Positions 37,134 through 46,355 of a DNA stretch of 64,000 nt are shown one piece after another; the first letter of the stretch is position 1, and the number at the start of each line of letters is the position of its first letter. The notes under the pieces were generated by a model that ran no database searches, was not told the DNA's origin, and saw only the letters and a list, made by a program, of their open reading frames with translations. The translations under genes and the position numbers were made by a program. Source of the stretch: Deltaproteobacteria bacterium (GTDB lineage: Bacteria > Myxococcota > B64-G9); the NCBI GenBank assembly GCA_016935365.1, contig JAFGRB010000138.1, forward strand, positions 712 through 64,711. The letters run 5' to 3'.

Positions 37134-38147
37134 ATGAAGGCCCTATGGCTCCGCGAGGTGAAGGAGGTCCTGGACAGAGAGGAAGTCAGGAGCTGGTGGG
37201 AGAAGCTGGACGCGCTCGACCGCAGACTGGCGGAGGCGCGAGAGCGACACGAGGAGCTTCTGGCCCAGGCGAGCCTGGTCGTGCATCGGGCCGAGATGAC
37301 GCAGCGAAAGGCGATCGACACGCTGTACTCGGCCGGAGAGCTAGAGGACTCGGCGGCCCAATTCCTGGCCGAGGTCGCCGAGATCGAGAACAAGTCCTAC
37401 GAGGCCGTGGCCAACTTCGAGTCCCAGCGCATCACCGTCAGCGACCTATACTCCCGCATGGGCGCCATGGAGCACCGTTATCTGACCGCCAAGGCAGAGC
37501 TCGAGGCCGCCGGAACGGACGAGGCAGAAGATGACGAGCGGCGCGCCGAGCAGGAGCGTGCGCTGAAGCGCCGACAGGAGGATCTGAGCATCCAGGAAAA
37601 GCGTCTCGAGGAGGTCAACGCCGCCTACCAGCGGGAGAACAATCGCAAGCTACGGCTCTGGGAGGAGGTCGAGCAGATGTGGGCCCGGAGCCTGAACATC
37701 AACCTGAGCGTGGCAGAGCGCCGCGCGAAAAGCCGGCGCGCCCGGCGCGAGGCCGAGAAGCAGTTCAAGGAGGCCGAGGCCCACAAGCGCTCGGCCGAGA
37801 GCTTGACCAAGGAGGCCGCGGAGGCCAACCAGCAGGTCGAGGAGCTCAAGCAGCAGATCAAAGACCACCATCGGGTGATCCGCGAGCTGTGCGACTGTGT
37901 CATGGGCGAGGAGTTCATTTACTGGCCGCGCCGGGAGAACAACAAGGACGCCTACTGCGTGCCGCTGCGCGATCATCCGTCGGGCTACAACATCGAGATC
38001 TATGCGCGGAGTGTCTACTTGATCAACCGGCAGCGGGGCGTGGAGTTCATCGAGCCCTTGCCGCCCGAGGGGGAGAGCCGGGAGGATGACGACCGGCTCG
38101 ACGAGTTCTTCCGCCGGGGATCCGAAAAGGCGGTAGGCGAGGACTAG
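37134..38147 (+). CDS. Cytoplasmic long coiled-coil hypothetical protein
   Basis: ATG 37134 after GAGGTGAGG; ~240 aa of Glu/Arg/Ala heptads, then a small globular C-terminus (EEFIYWP..GVEFIEP). Confidence 0.85.
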   Translation: MKALWLREVKEVLDREEVRSWWEKLDALDRRLAEARERHEELLAQASLVVHRAEMTQRKAIDTLYSAGELEDSAAQFLAEVAEIENKSYEAVANFESQRITVSDLYSRMGAMEHRYLTAKAELEAAGTDEAEDDERRAEQERALKRRQEDLSIQEKRLEEVNAAYQRENNRKLRLWEEVEQMWARSLNINLSVAERRAKSRRARREAEKQFKEAEAHKRSAESLTKEAAEANQQVEELKQQIKDHHRVIRELCDCVMGEEFIYWPRRENNKDAYCVPLRDHPSGYNIEIYARSVYLINRQRGVEFIEPLPPEGESREDDDRLDEFFRRGSEKAVGED

Positions 38148-38204
38148 CACCCCGTTGCGGCATCGGACCGGCTGGCGCGACCGCGAGGGGATGATTCGCG
38201 AGAG

Positions 38205-38657
38205 GTGGACATGAACAAGACTGAAGTGCTCCAGGCGTCTCGACTGTTCGAGGGGCTTATCCCGGATGAGATCGAGATGCTGTGTGAGATCACCCAGAAG
38301 AAGGCCTTCAAGGCAGGTGAGGTCGTATTCGAGCAAGGCGATGTGGGCGATTCGCTCTACATCCTGGTGGACGGATCGGTCGACGTGGTCCGCAAGCGCG
38401 ACGACGGGTCCGAGCACGTCATCGCCACCCTGGAAGCGCCGGACTTCTTCGGGGAGATGTCCTTGATAGACAAGGAGTACCGCTCGGCTTCCATCCGGGC
38501 TCGGGCCGACATCTCCATGCTCTGCCTGACCAACGAAAATCTCCATAGCTTCGCGCGGGTGTACAAGAACGGCTTCACCCTGGTCGTGATCAACATCGCG
38601 AGAGTGCTCAGCACCCGACTGCGGGAGACGAACGAAAAGCTTGCCGCCAAGATGTGA
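38205..38657 (+). CDS. Stand-alone cyclic nucleotide-binding domain protein
   Basis: VFEQGDVGDSLYILVDGSV, FFGEMSLID..RSASIRA; no HTH. Confidence 0.92.
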   Translation: MDMNKTEVLQASRLFEGLIPDEIEMLCEITQKKAFKAGEVVFEQGDVGDSLYILVDGSVDVVRKRDDGSEHVIATLEAPDFFGEMSLIDKEYRSASIRARADISMLCLTNENLHSFARVYKNGFTLVVINIARVLSTRLRETNEKLAAKM

Positions 38658-38668
38658 CCCGCTATAAT
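38641..38668 (+). promoter_or_regulatory. Possible promoter for the FG-GAP protein gene
   Basis: TTGCCG-N16-TATAAT. Confidence 0.4.
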
Positions 38669-38787
38669 CCTCTGGGAGCTTGCGGGGGGTCCACCCCCTG
38701 AACCGCCACCACCGCCAGGGCGTAGTATGTTGGCGATTTTTGCTCTGGCGGGGGGTGTTACTGTCTTTTCTGCTCGCCGAGGCGGTC

Positions 38788-41700
38788 ATGTGCCGGAGAC
38801 TGTTCGTCGCTTTACTTGTCATGCTGTGGGCCTTACACTGCCGGACGAGCCTGGCGGCCACGGCCCTGAGGGGCTTTCCCGTCCAGCTCGAGGGTACCGT
38901 CGATACCGCACCGCCGCTCGTGCTCGACATCGATGCGGACGGTCGGCCCGAGATCGTCGTGGGCACCCGCAACAAGATCTGCGCCCTGGAGGCAGACGGC
39001 TCGGCGGTCGAGGGCTTTCCGTATGCGATCGAGCGCGGCGCGCTGGCCTCGGCCCTGGTCGCGGGGCCGTTCGCACCGGAGGAGAGGCCGAGCCTGGTCT
39101 TCGGCACCTCGGACGGCCACCTGTTGGTGATCGGCGCAGATGGCAAGCCGCGCGCTGGCTTTCCAATCGAGACGGGGCCTCTGGCGGGCGCGCCAGCGCT
39201 CGCCGACCTGGACGCGGATGGCCGCCTGGAGATCATCGCCGGCACCCAGAGAGGCGAGATCTGGGCGCTCGACAGCGCCGGACGATCGCTTCCTGGCTAC
39301 CCCGCCCGGGTGGGGGCAGCCGTCTCGACGGCGATCACGACAGGCCAGCTTTCGCCTTCCCAGCCCCGCGTGCTGCTGTTCGGCGACGAGAAAGGACGAC
39401 TGCATGCCTGGACGGGACCCGGCAAGTCGCTGCCGGGCTTTCCGTTCGAGGCGAAGTTCTCCCTGGCCGCACAGCCCGTCCTCGGCGACATCGATGACGA
39501 CGGCTCGCTCGAGATCGTCGTGGGCTCGATGGACTACAAGATCTATGCGCTGGAGTCGGACGGGAGCTTGTCTGCGGGCTATCCAGCCTCGACCGGCTAT
39601 CGGATCTACTCCTCTTGTGCGCTGGCCGACCTGGATGGCGACGGCGTGGTCGAGGTGGTGGCGGCCTCCGGCGACGGCAAGCTCTATGCCCTGCGCGCGG
39701 GGCGTCCCGTGCCCGGCTTCCCGGTCAAGCTGGGCGGACGGCTGCGCGCCGCACCCGTGATCGCCGACCTCGACCTGGACGGCAAGGTCGAGATCGTGGT
39801 CGGGACCGACCAGAACTCGCTGGTCGTGCTCCGGGCCGACGGGAGGCGCTATCCCGGCTTTCCGGCCAAGCTCCGCGACCGGGTGGAGGTGGCGCCGCTG
39901 CTCGCCGACCTGAACGGAAACGGCGTGCTCGAGCTGCTGGCGGCTAGCCGGGATGGCAGCCTGTATGCCTTTCGCATGCTCAAGAAGGGCCGGAGCGAGA
40001 GGCTGGCCGCCTGGCCGGCCGAGGGGCGCGACGCGCGCCGAAGCGCGCGCACCTACCCGAACCCGCCGAGGTACGTCTCCTTGTCGATCGAGCAGGAAGC
40101 GCCGCGCACGGTAGACCCGCTGGAGCTGCGCTATCGCTTCTTCGATCTGGACGGCGAGGCCGAGCCGGACACGATCGTGCGCTGGTACAAGAACGGCAAG
40201 CGCGTGACCGCGCTGGACGGCAAGCGCCGGGTCCCGGCCGACATGACCCGCAAGCACCAGCGCTGGCACTTCTCCCTGCAGGCGAGCGCCTCGGGCCAGG
40301 TCTTCCACAGCCAGCCGGTCGAGATCGCCAACTCGTCCCCCAGCCCGCCGAAGATCGGCCTGCTGCCGGATCCGGCGCGCACCGGCGACGGTCTGGAGAT
40401 GAAGATCGAGCGGGGCTCGGAGGATGCCGATGGCGATCGGATCCGCTACCGGATCACCTGGCTCAAAGACCACAAGCCCATGCGCGGCTTCACGCGCTCC
40501 AAGATTGCTGCCCGGCACACGGCCAAGGGGCAGCAGTGGACCGTGGTCGTCACGCCCCAAGACGGCGAGGTCGACGGTGCGCCGGCCCGGGCCAGCCTGA
40601 CGGTGGTCAACACGCCACCCTCGGCGCCCGAGATCCGGGTTCTGCCGGCACACCCGCGGGTGACCGATCCACTGCGCGTCGAGATCGTTCGCCCGGGGCG
40701 CGATCCGGACGGAGACGCGCTTCGCTACCTGTATGCCTGGAGCGCGGCCGGCCGGGCGCTCAACCTGCCCAAAGAAGCAGAGCAGCTGCCGGCCGGCTTC
40801 GCCGTCAAGCACGCCGAGGTGAAGGTCGCGGTCCGGGCCTTCGATGGGCTGGAGCGCGGCGGCGAGGTCGAGTCGGGCGTCCGGGTGGAGAACACCCCCC
40901 CGACTGCGCCGGGCATCCGGATCGCACCCGCCGAACCGCGGTGCACGGACGATCTGCGGGTCGAGGTCGCTCAGCCGTCTTCGGATCCCGATCAAGACGC
41001 CGTGCATTACAGATTTTCGTGGCAGCGTAAAAGCAGGTCGTACCGGGGCAAGCACGCCGCGAGGGTGCGTCTGCCGGCCTCGGAGACGAAGAAGGGCGAG
41101 ACGTGGGTGGTGACGGCCACGCCCCATGACGGGGAGGTGGCCGGTCGCACCGCCAGCGCCGAGGTGACGATCGTCAACAGCCCGCCGTCGAGCCCGCGTA
41201 TCTCATCGGTCGAGCAGCGCCCGGTCACGACCGAGCCGCTCCGGATCCGCCTCGATGGCAAGGTCGTCGATCCGGATGGGGATCCGGCCTGGCTGGAGGT
41301 ACACTGGAGCTCCGACGGCAAGGAGCTCGGCCAGGGGCGCGACATGCTGGAGCTCCCGGCGCACAAGACGCGCAAGCACGGGGTCTACCTGGCGCGTCTC
41401 GTGCCCACGGACGGCAAGGACGCAGGGCCGGAGTCGAGGCGTTTCTTCGAGGTCCAGAACAGCCCGCCGGGCCCATGCAAGATCACCATCCGGCCCGCAA
41501 AGCCGAGAACGGGCCAGGACCTCGAGGTGCGGATCGAGGGCCAAGCAGCGGATGCCGACCAGGATCGCATCGAGATGCGCTACCGCTGGTTCCGGGACGG
41601 GCAGCCGGTGCAGACCCCCAAGGGCGACCGCGTCGAGGGCTCGCTGGTCCGCCGCGGCCAGGACTGGGTCGTGGTAGGACGCGCCTTCGACGGCGAGGCG

Positions 41701-42609
41701 GAGGGCCCCGCGTGCACGGCCGAGGTGTCGGTGGTCAACTCGGCGCCCAGCTCCCCGCGTCTGGCCTTCGTGCCGGCGAGCCCGCGAACGGGCGACGAGC
41801 TGCGCCTGGATATCGTCGAGGCGGCGCGCGATCCCGATTCGGATCCGATCGCGGTCCACAGGCGCTGGAAGCTGGACGGCAAGCCGTATCCGGCGCAGGG
41901 CGAGCGGATAGCTGGCCACTGCGTGCGGAAGGGGCAGTGCTGGGGTGTCGAGGTCATGGCGGAGGACGGCCAGCTGCGCAGCCAGCCGGTGCGGGCGGAG
42001 GTCGTCATCGGCAACTCGCCTCCGGACAGACCCGCGCTCGCGATTCGACCGGCCGAGCCCCTGTCGTCGGACGATCTGCGCTGCCACCTCTTGCGGGCCA
42101 CGCGAGACCGGGACGGGGATCCCGTGACCCATCGCTACGCGTGGTTCCAGCTCGAGAGCGGCGATTCGATCCCCGAGGGGGCGAAGGCGGTGCATGACGG
42201 CCCGGTGCTGCCCGCCGCGCGTACGCGCAAGGGCCAGCGCTGGGCTTGCCGGGCCCAGGCCCTCGACGGGGAGCTGAGCGGTGAGGCGGCGGTCGAATCG
42301 ATCCGGATAGGCAACGCCGCGCCCGGCACAGCCCGGGTGGAGATCCGCCCGCCGGCTCCGAGAGAGGGCGAGGGGCTCGAATGCGCCATCCTGGCTCCGG
42401 CCACCGATCCGGACGGAGAGCGGATCGAGTACAGGTACCGCTGGTGGAAAGACGGGGTCGTGCAGCCCAAAGCCTCGGAAGCCAGGATGCCACCTGGCTT
42501 GACGCGGCCGAACGATATCTGGCAGTGTGGAGTGGTCGCGAGCGACGGACAGCTGAACAGCCCCTTGATCAGGAGCCAGGAGGTTCTGGTCCGCGCTGCT
42601 GGAATGTGA
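38788..42609 (+). CDS. Secreted FG-GAP/VCBS beta-propeller protein with nine Ig-like repeats
   Basis: Signal peptide; repeats of G(F/Y)P..P.(L/I)(A/G)D(L/I)D.DG..E(I/V); nine ~95-aa units N.PP..P.T...L....D.DGD...Y.W. Confidence 0.88.
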   Translation: MCRRLFVALLVMLWALHCRTSLAATALRGFPVQLEGTVDTAPPLVLDIDADGRPEIVVGTRNKICALEADGSAVEGFPYAIERGALASALVAGPFAPEERPSLVFGTSDGHLLVIGADGKPRAGFPIETGPLAGAPALADLDADGRLEIIAGTQRGEIWALDSAGRSLPGYPARVGAAVSTAITTGQLSPSQPRVLLFGDEKGRLHAWTGPGKSLPGFPFEAKFSLAAQPVLGDIDDDGSLEIVVGSMDYKIYALESDGSLSAGYPASTGYRIYSSCALADLDGDGVVEVVAASGDGKLYALRAGRPVPGFPVKLGGRLRAAPVIADLDLDGKVEIVVGTDQNSLVVLRADGRRYPGFPAKLRDRVEVAPLLADLNGNGVLELLAASRDGSLYAFRMLKKGRSERLAAWPAEGRDARRSARTYPNPPRYVSLSIEQEAPRTVDPLELRYRFFDLDGEAEPDTIVRWYKNGKRVTALDGKRRVPADMTRKHQRWHFSLQASASGQVFHSQPVEIANSSPSPPKIGLLPDPARTGDGLEMKIERGSEDADGDRIRYRITWLKDHKPMRGFTRSKIAARHTAKGQQWTVVVTPQDGEVDGAPARASLTVVNTPPSAPEIRVLPAHPRVTDPLRVEIVRPGRDPDGDALRYLYAWSAAGRALNLPKEAEQLPAGFAVKHAEVKVAVRAFDGLERGGEVESGVRVENTPPTAPGIRIAPAEPRCTDDLRVEVAQPSSDPDQDAVHYRFSWQRKSRSYRGKHAARVRLPASETKKGETWVVTATPHDGEVAGRTASAEVTIVNSPPSSPRISSVEQRPVTTEPLRIRLDGKVVDPDGDPAWLEVHWSSDGKELGQGRDMLELPAHKTRKHGVYLARLVPTDGKDAGPESRRFFEVQNSPPGPCKITIRPAKPRTGQDLEVRIEGQAADADQDRIEMRYRWFRDGQPVQTPKGDRVEGSLVRRGQDWVVVGRAFDGEAEGPACTAEVSVVNSAPSSPRLAFVPASPRTGDELRLDIVEAARDPDSDPIAVHRRWKLDGKPYPAQGERIAGHCVRKGQCWGVEVMAEDGQLRSQPVRAEVVIGNSPPDRPALAIRPAEPLSSDDLRCHLLRATRDRDGDPVTHRYAWFQLESGDSIPEGAKAVHDGPVLPAARTRKGQRWACRAQALDGELSGEAAVESIRIGNAAPGTARVEIRPPAPREGEGLECAILAPATDPDGERIEYRYRWWKDGVVQPKASEARMPPGLTRPNDIWQCGVVASDGQLNSPLIRSQEVLVRAAGM

Positions 42610-42667
42610 CAGGAGTCACATCCTTGCGACACGGCAAGGTGGAATATGGGATACCAGGAGGTGTGAG

Positions 42668-43237
42668 ATGATCGCTCGCCTCATCGTCGTTATGCTGTCG
42701 CTTTGCCTGATCGCGTCGAGCGCTCTGGCCCAGGGCGCTGCACCGGACCAGGAGAAGCAGACGAGTGGCATGGACTTCGAGAAGGCCGCCAAGATGTCCG
42801 ACTCGCAGAAGCTCTCGCTCGCCACGCAGTACCTCGGTGAGATGAAGGAAGTCCTGTCGCAGGTGCTCGGCCTGCTCAAGGAGGCCCGGGCGGAGAAGGA
42901 CGTCATCAAGGTCAACTGCGTCAACGAGAAGCTCACGAATATCAAGGGCTTGATCCGGATCGCTGAGCAGGCAGACATCACCCTGCAGGAGGCGGTCGCC
43001 AAGAACGAGCAGGACACCGCCACGCACGAGTTTCACAAGATCAGCATCTCGCACCAGAAGATCAAGGTGCTCAAGACCGAGGCGGAGCAGTGCGTGGGCG
43101 AGCTGGCCTTCGCCGTGGGCAAGACCACGGTCGAGGTCGAGGTGGACGAGGATCTCGTCCCCGAGCGCGATCCGACCGCAGTGCCGTTTCCGGAGACGCC
43201 CGTGGTTCGACCGCCCGCTGCCAGCCCCTACCAGTAA
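42668..43237 (+). CDS. Secreted helical hypothetical protein upstream of the barrel/OPX pair
   Basis: AGGAGG RBS, signal peptide, KDVIKVNCVNEKL..EAEQCVGE Cys pair, C-terminal RPPAASPYQ. Confidence 0.85.
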   Translation: MIARLIVVMLSLCLIASSALAQGAAPDQEKQTSGMDFEKAAKMSDSQKLSLATQYLGEMKEVLSQVLGLLKEARAEKDVIKVNCVNEKLTNIKGLIRIAEQADITLQEAVAKNEQDTATHEFHKISISHQKIKVLKTEAEQCVGELAFAVGKTTVEVEVDEDLVPERDPTAVPFPETPVVRPPAASPYQ

Positions 43238-43390
43238 GAACCCACAAGTGTCCGTAATCATGGGAATGGACGGCTCTCGGGGCGGCGAGAAAAAGTTTGT
43301 CCGCAAGCGGGAATTCTGGTAGAAGGCGGTTACGATTGGCATTGCTGAGCCGGGGGCAGGAAGGCCGGTCAGCACGGGGACACGCAACCG

Positions 43391-44635
43391 ATGGCTTCGA
43401 TCTGCAAGGCAGCCCGACGACTCCCGGCCTCGTTCATGGTGGGACTGCTCGCGCTCCTGGCCTGGAGCCCCCTGGCAGTTGCCCGCGGAAACGGCATCCA
43501 GGCCGGTGCGGGCCGGCTGCACTTCGGCGCTGACCTGGCGCTGGTCTACGACTCGAACCCGAGCTTCGCCGGGGAGCCGACCGGCGACCTGATGCTCCGC
43601 GCGCGGCCGGTCATCTCCCTGCTCTTCCCCTCGGACTTCGTCGACTTCGCGCTGAACGGGCGGGTGGGCTACGACTACTACTTCGGCGTGCAGAACTCCC
43701 GGACTTCGGATCTGAGCGCGGTCACGGGCGAGGCGGACCTGGCCGTGGGCTTCAACCCCAGGGGCCAGTTCTCGGTTTTCATCGAGGACGTGTTCTCGAG
43801 GACGGGCGATCCCCGCTACACGTCTCTTTCCGGCCGCTTCGACCGGACCTGCAACGAGGCCAAGCTCCACCTCCAGTACAAGCCCGGGGGCGGGGCGCTG
43901 ATGTTCGACCTGGCCTACGGCTTCTTCCTGGACTGGTACGACAAGACGGGCTTCGAGGCCGAGGCGCTTCGGAGCTACTCGCACCGGGTCTACTTATCCT
44001 CGAAGTGGAAGTTCCTGCCCAAGACCGCGGTCACGATCGACTTCGACTCGGACATCCGCCGCTACCCCTATGCGTACAGCAACGGGACGAGCAACGTGGA
44101 CCTCAACGCCATCCGGGTCACGGCCGGGCTGCTCGGGCAGATCACGCCCAGCTTCGCCCTGCTCGTCAAGGCGGGCTACGGCGACAGCCTGCTGGAGGCG
44201 CCCGAGGGCTACACCGGCTCCGGCTACCGCTCGGCCATCGGGCAGGCGGAGGCCACTTTCCAGCGCGGCACCTTCATGCTCCAGGCCGGCTACCTGCGCA
44301 CCTTCCAGCCCACGCCGCTGTTCGCCTTCATGGGCCAGGACGGCTTCTACCTGCGCTACCGGCAGCAGATCGCCGGGCGCTTCGAGCTGGCCGCGAACCT
44401 GAACTTCGACCTGCTCGGCTTCGGGACCGGCGTCCAGGCCGACGCGGGCAGCCGGGACGACATGTTCCTCGTCGGCGGCCTCAACTTCGCCTACCACATC
44501 CTGGACTGGCTCAGCCTGTCGCTGGACTATCGCTTCCAGTCCCTGTTCTCGGACTACCAGCAGCCGCTCGCCGGTGCTGGCGGCGTGGAGTACAACAAGC
44601 ACGTGGTCACCTTCCTGGTGGGGCTGGACTACTAG
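43391..44635 (+). CDS. Outer membrane beta-barrel, Wzp/EpsX-like polysaccharide porin
   Basis: Signal peptide, YDSN near the N-terminus, WKFLPKT, alternating aromatic/Gly strands, C-terminal VTFLVGLDY; directly upstream of an OPX gene. Confidence 0.8.
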   Translation: MASICKAARRLPASFMVGLLALLAWSPLAVARGNGIQAGAGRLHFGADLALVYDSNPSFAGEPTGDLMLRARPVISLLFPSDFVDFALNGRVGYDYYFGVQNSRTSDLSAVTGEADLAVGFNPRGQFSVFIEDVFSRTGDPRYTSLSGRFDRTCNEAKLHLQYKPGGGALMFDLAYGFFLDWYDKTGFEAEALRSYSHRVYLSSKWKFLPKTAVTIDFDSDIRRYPYAYSNGTSNVDLNAIRVTAGLLGQITPSFALLVKAGYGDSLLEAPEGYTGSGYRSAIGQAEATFQRGTFMLQAGYLRTFQPTPLFAFMGQDGFYLRYRQQIAGRFELAANLNFDLLGFGTGVQADAGSRDDMFLVGGLNFAYHILDWLSLSLDYRFQSLFSDYQQPLAGAGGVEYNKHVVTFLVGLDY

Positions 44636-44656
44636 CACGCGGAGTGCTTTACCGAG

Positions 44657-45271
44657 GTGCCAAGCGTGGAATCGAGGCGCTTCAAGCTGGCCTGCTGTGC
44701 GATCCTGCTCTGCCTGGCCCCGGCGTGCTGGTGGAACAGCCCGCATGCGACGCCCGAGGTGGCCAAGCCGAGGTACGTGCCCGCCTCCACCCTGGGGCCG
44801 GGTGACGTGTTCGAGGTCAAGGTCTATGACGAGAAGGAGCTGAGCGGCATCTACCGGGTCTCGTCGGCCGGCAGCATCCAGTTCCCGCTCATCGGGATGA
44901 TCGATCTGAACGGCCTGACGAGCTCGGACGCCGCGGTGAAGATCCGCGACAAGCTGGCGGAGAAGTACCTGCGCAACCCCCAGGTCAGCATCTTCATCCG
45001 CGAGTACAACTCCAAGAAGATCTCGGTTTTCGGCCAGGTCACCAAGCCCGGCACCTTCCAGTACGAGGACGGCCTGACCGTCATCCAGGCCGTCAGCATG
45101 GCCGGCGGCTTCACCAAGATGGCCGCCAAGAACGACACCAACGTCACCCGCATCGTGGACGGCGCGGAGAAGAGGTTTTCGATCCCGGTCGAAGCCATCG
45201 CCCAGAGCAGGGCCAAGAACTTCTACCTCGAGCCGGGCGATATCGTGTATGTGCCAGAGAGCATCTGGTAG
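44657..45271 (+). CDS. wza: Short OPX polysaccharide export protein lacking a C-terminal OM helix
   Basis: Poly_export LGPGDVFEVKVY..G.IQFPLIG, YLRNPQVS; SLBB VFGQVTKPG..AGGF; ends LEPGDIVYVPESIW; possible lipobox LAPAC. Confidence 0.92.
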   Translation: MPSVESRRFKLACCAILLCLAPACWWNSPHATPEVAKPRYVPASTLGPGDVFEVKVYDEKELSGIYRVSSAGSIQFPLIGMIDLNGLTSSDAAVKIRDKLAEKYLRNPQVSIFIREYNSKKISVFGQVTKPGTFQYEDGLTVIQAVSMAGGFTKMAAKNDTNVTRIVDGAEKRFSIPVEAIAQSRAKNFYLEPGDIVYVPESIW

Positions 45272-46355
45272 ATCGACGATCCGGCTCGCCCGCCCCAGCC
45301 TCGGCCCGGCCGAGGAGGAGGCCTGCCTGCGCGTGCTGCGCTCCGGTCGCCTGGTCCAGGGGGCGGAAGGCGAGGCCTTCGAGGCCGAATTCGCCCAGCG
45401 GGTCGGGGCGGCCCACGCGATCGCGGTCTCCTCGGGCACGGCCGCCTTGCAGCTCGCGCTCATGGCCCTGACGATCGGTGCGGGGGACGAGGTGGTGGTC
45501 CCGGCCTACACCTTCATCGCCACCGCCAATGCAGTGACCTCGACGGGCGCCCAAGTCGTGCTCGCGGACGTGGAGGACGAGACGCTCAACATGGATCCGC
45601 GCTCGCTCGATCAGGTCATGCAGGCGGGAGAGCGGATCCGCGCCGTGCTGCCGGTGCACCAGTATGGCCTGCCGGCGGACGTCTCGGCCCTGGCCGCCGT
45701 GGCTAGGGAGGCCTATCTGGTCGAGGATGCAGCCTGTGCGGCCGGAGCGGAGCTCGGCGATGAGCCGGTGGGCCGGCCTCGCGGCCTGCTGGCTTGCTTC
45801 AGCTTCCACCCGCGCAAGGTGCTCACGACCGGCGAAGGGGGCCTGATCACGACCTCCGACGCCGGCCTGGCCTGCAGGCTGCGCGCGCTGCGGCAGCACG
45901 GCCTGAGCGGCGAAGCGCCGGTCGAGCCGGGCTATAACTTCCGGATGAGCGAGCTGGCGGCCGCTATCGGCAGGGCGCAGCTCGCGCGGCTGGATGCGAT
46001 GCTGGCGACGCGCCGCCGCCTGGCGATGCGGTACTTCGATGGGCTTGCCGGGCTCGACTGCTTGCAGCTGCCGCCGCGCGCCGGGCACATCTTCCAGTCT
46101 TTCGTCGTGCGCCTGCGGCCCGATTCCCCCCTCGAGCGCGAGGCGCTCATGGCCGAGCTGGCCCGGGAGGGCATCGAGACCCAGGCCGGCGTGGAGCCCA
46201 TCCACTTCCACGCGCCGTACAGGCACGTGCGCCGGGTCGCGCTTCCGGTCTCCGAGCGCGCGGGCCGCAGCGCGGTCTTCCTGCCCATGCACGCCGAGAT
46301 GGAAGAGGCGGACGTGGAGCGGATCTGCGCCGTGATACGGAGGCTCGATTCATGA
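45249..46355 (+). CDS. DegT/DnrJ/EryC1/StrS PLP-dependent sugar aminotransferase
   Basis: VSSGTAAL, GDEVVVPAYTFIATANAV, VEDAACA, SFHPRKVLTTGEGG, GYNFRMSE. Confidence 0.93.
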   Translation: MCQRASGRSTIRLARPSLGPAEEEACLRVLRSGRLVQGAEGEAFEAEFAQRVGAAHAIAVSSGTAALQLALMALTIGAGDEVVVPAYTFIATANAVTSTGAQVVLADVEDETLNMDPRSLDQVMQAGERIRAVLPVHQYGLPADVSALAAVAREAYLVEDAACAAGAELGDEPVGRPRGLLACFSFHPRKVLTTGEGGLITTSDAGLACRLRALRQHGLSGEAPVEPGYNFRMSELAAAIGRAQLARLDAMLATRRRLAMRYFDGLAGLDCLQLPPRAGHIFQSFVVRLRPDSPLEREALMAELAREGIETQAGVEPIHFHAPYRHVRRVALPVSERAGRSAVFLPMHAEMEEADVERICAVIRRLDS

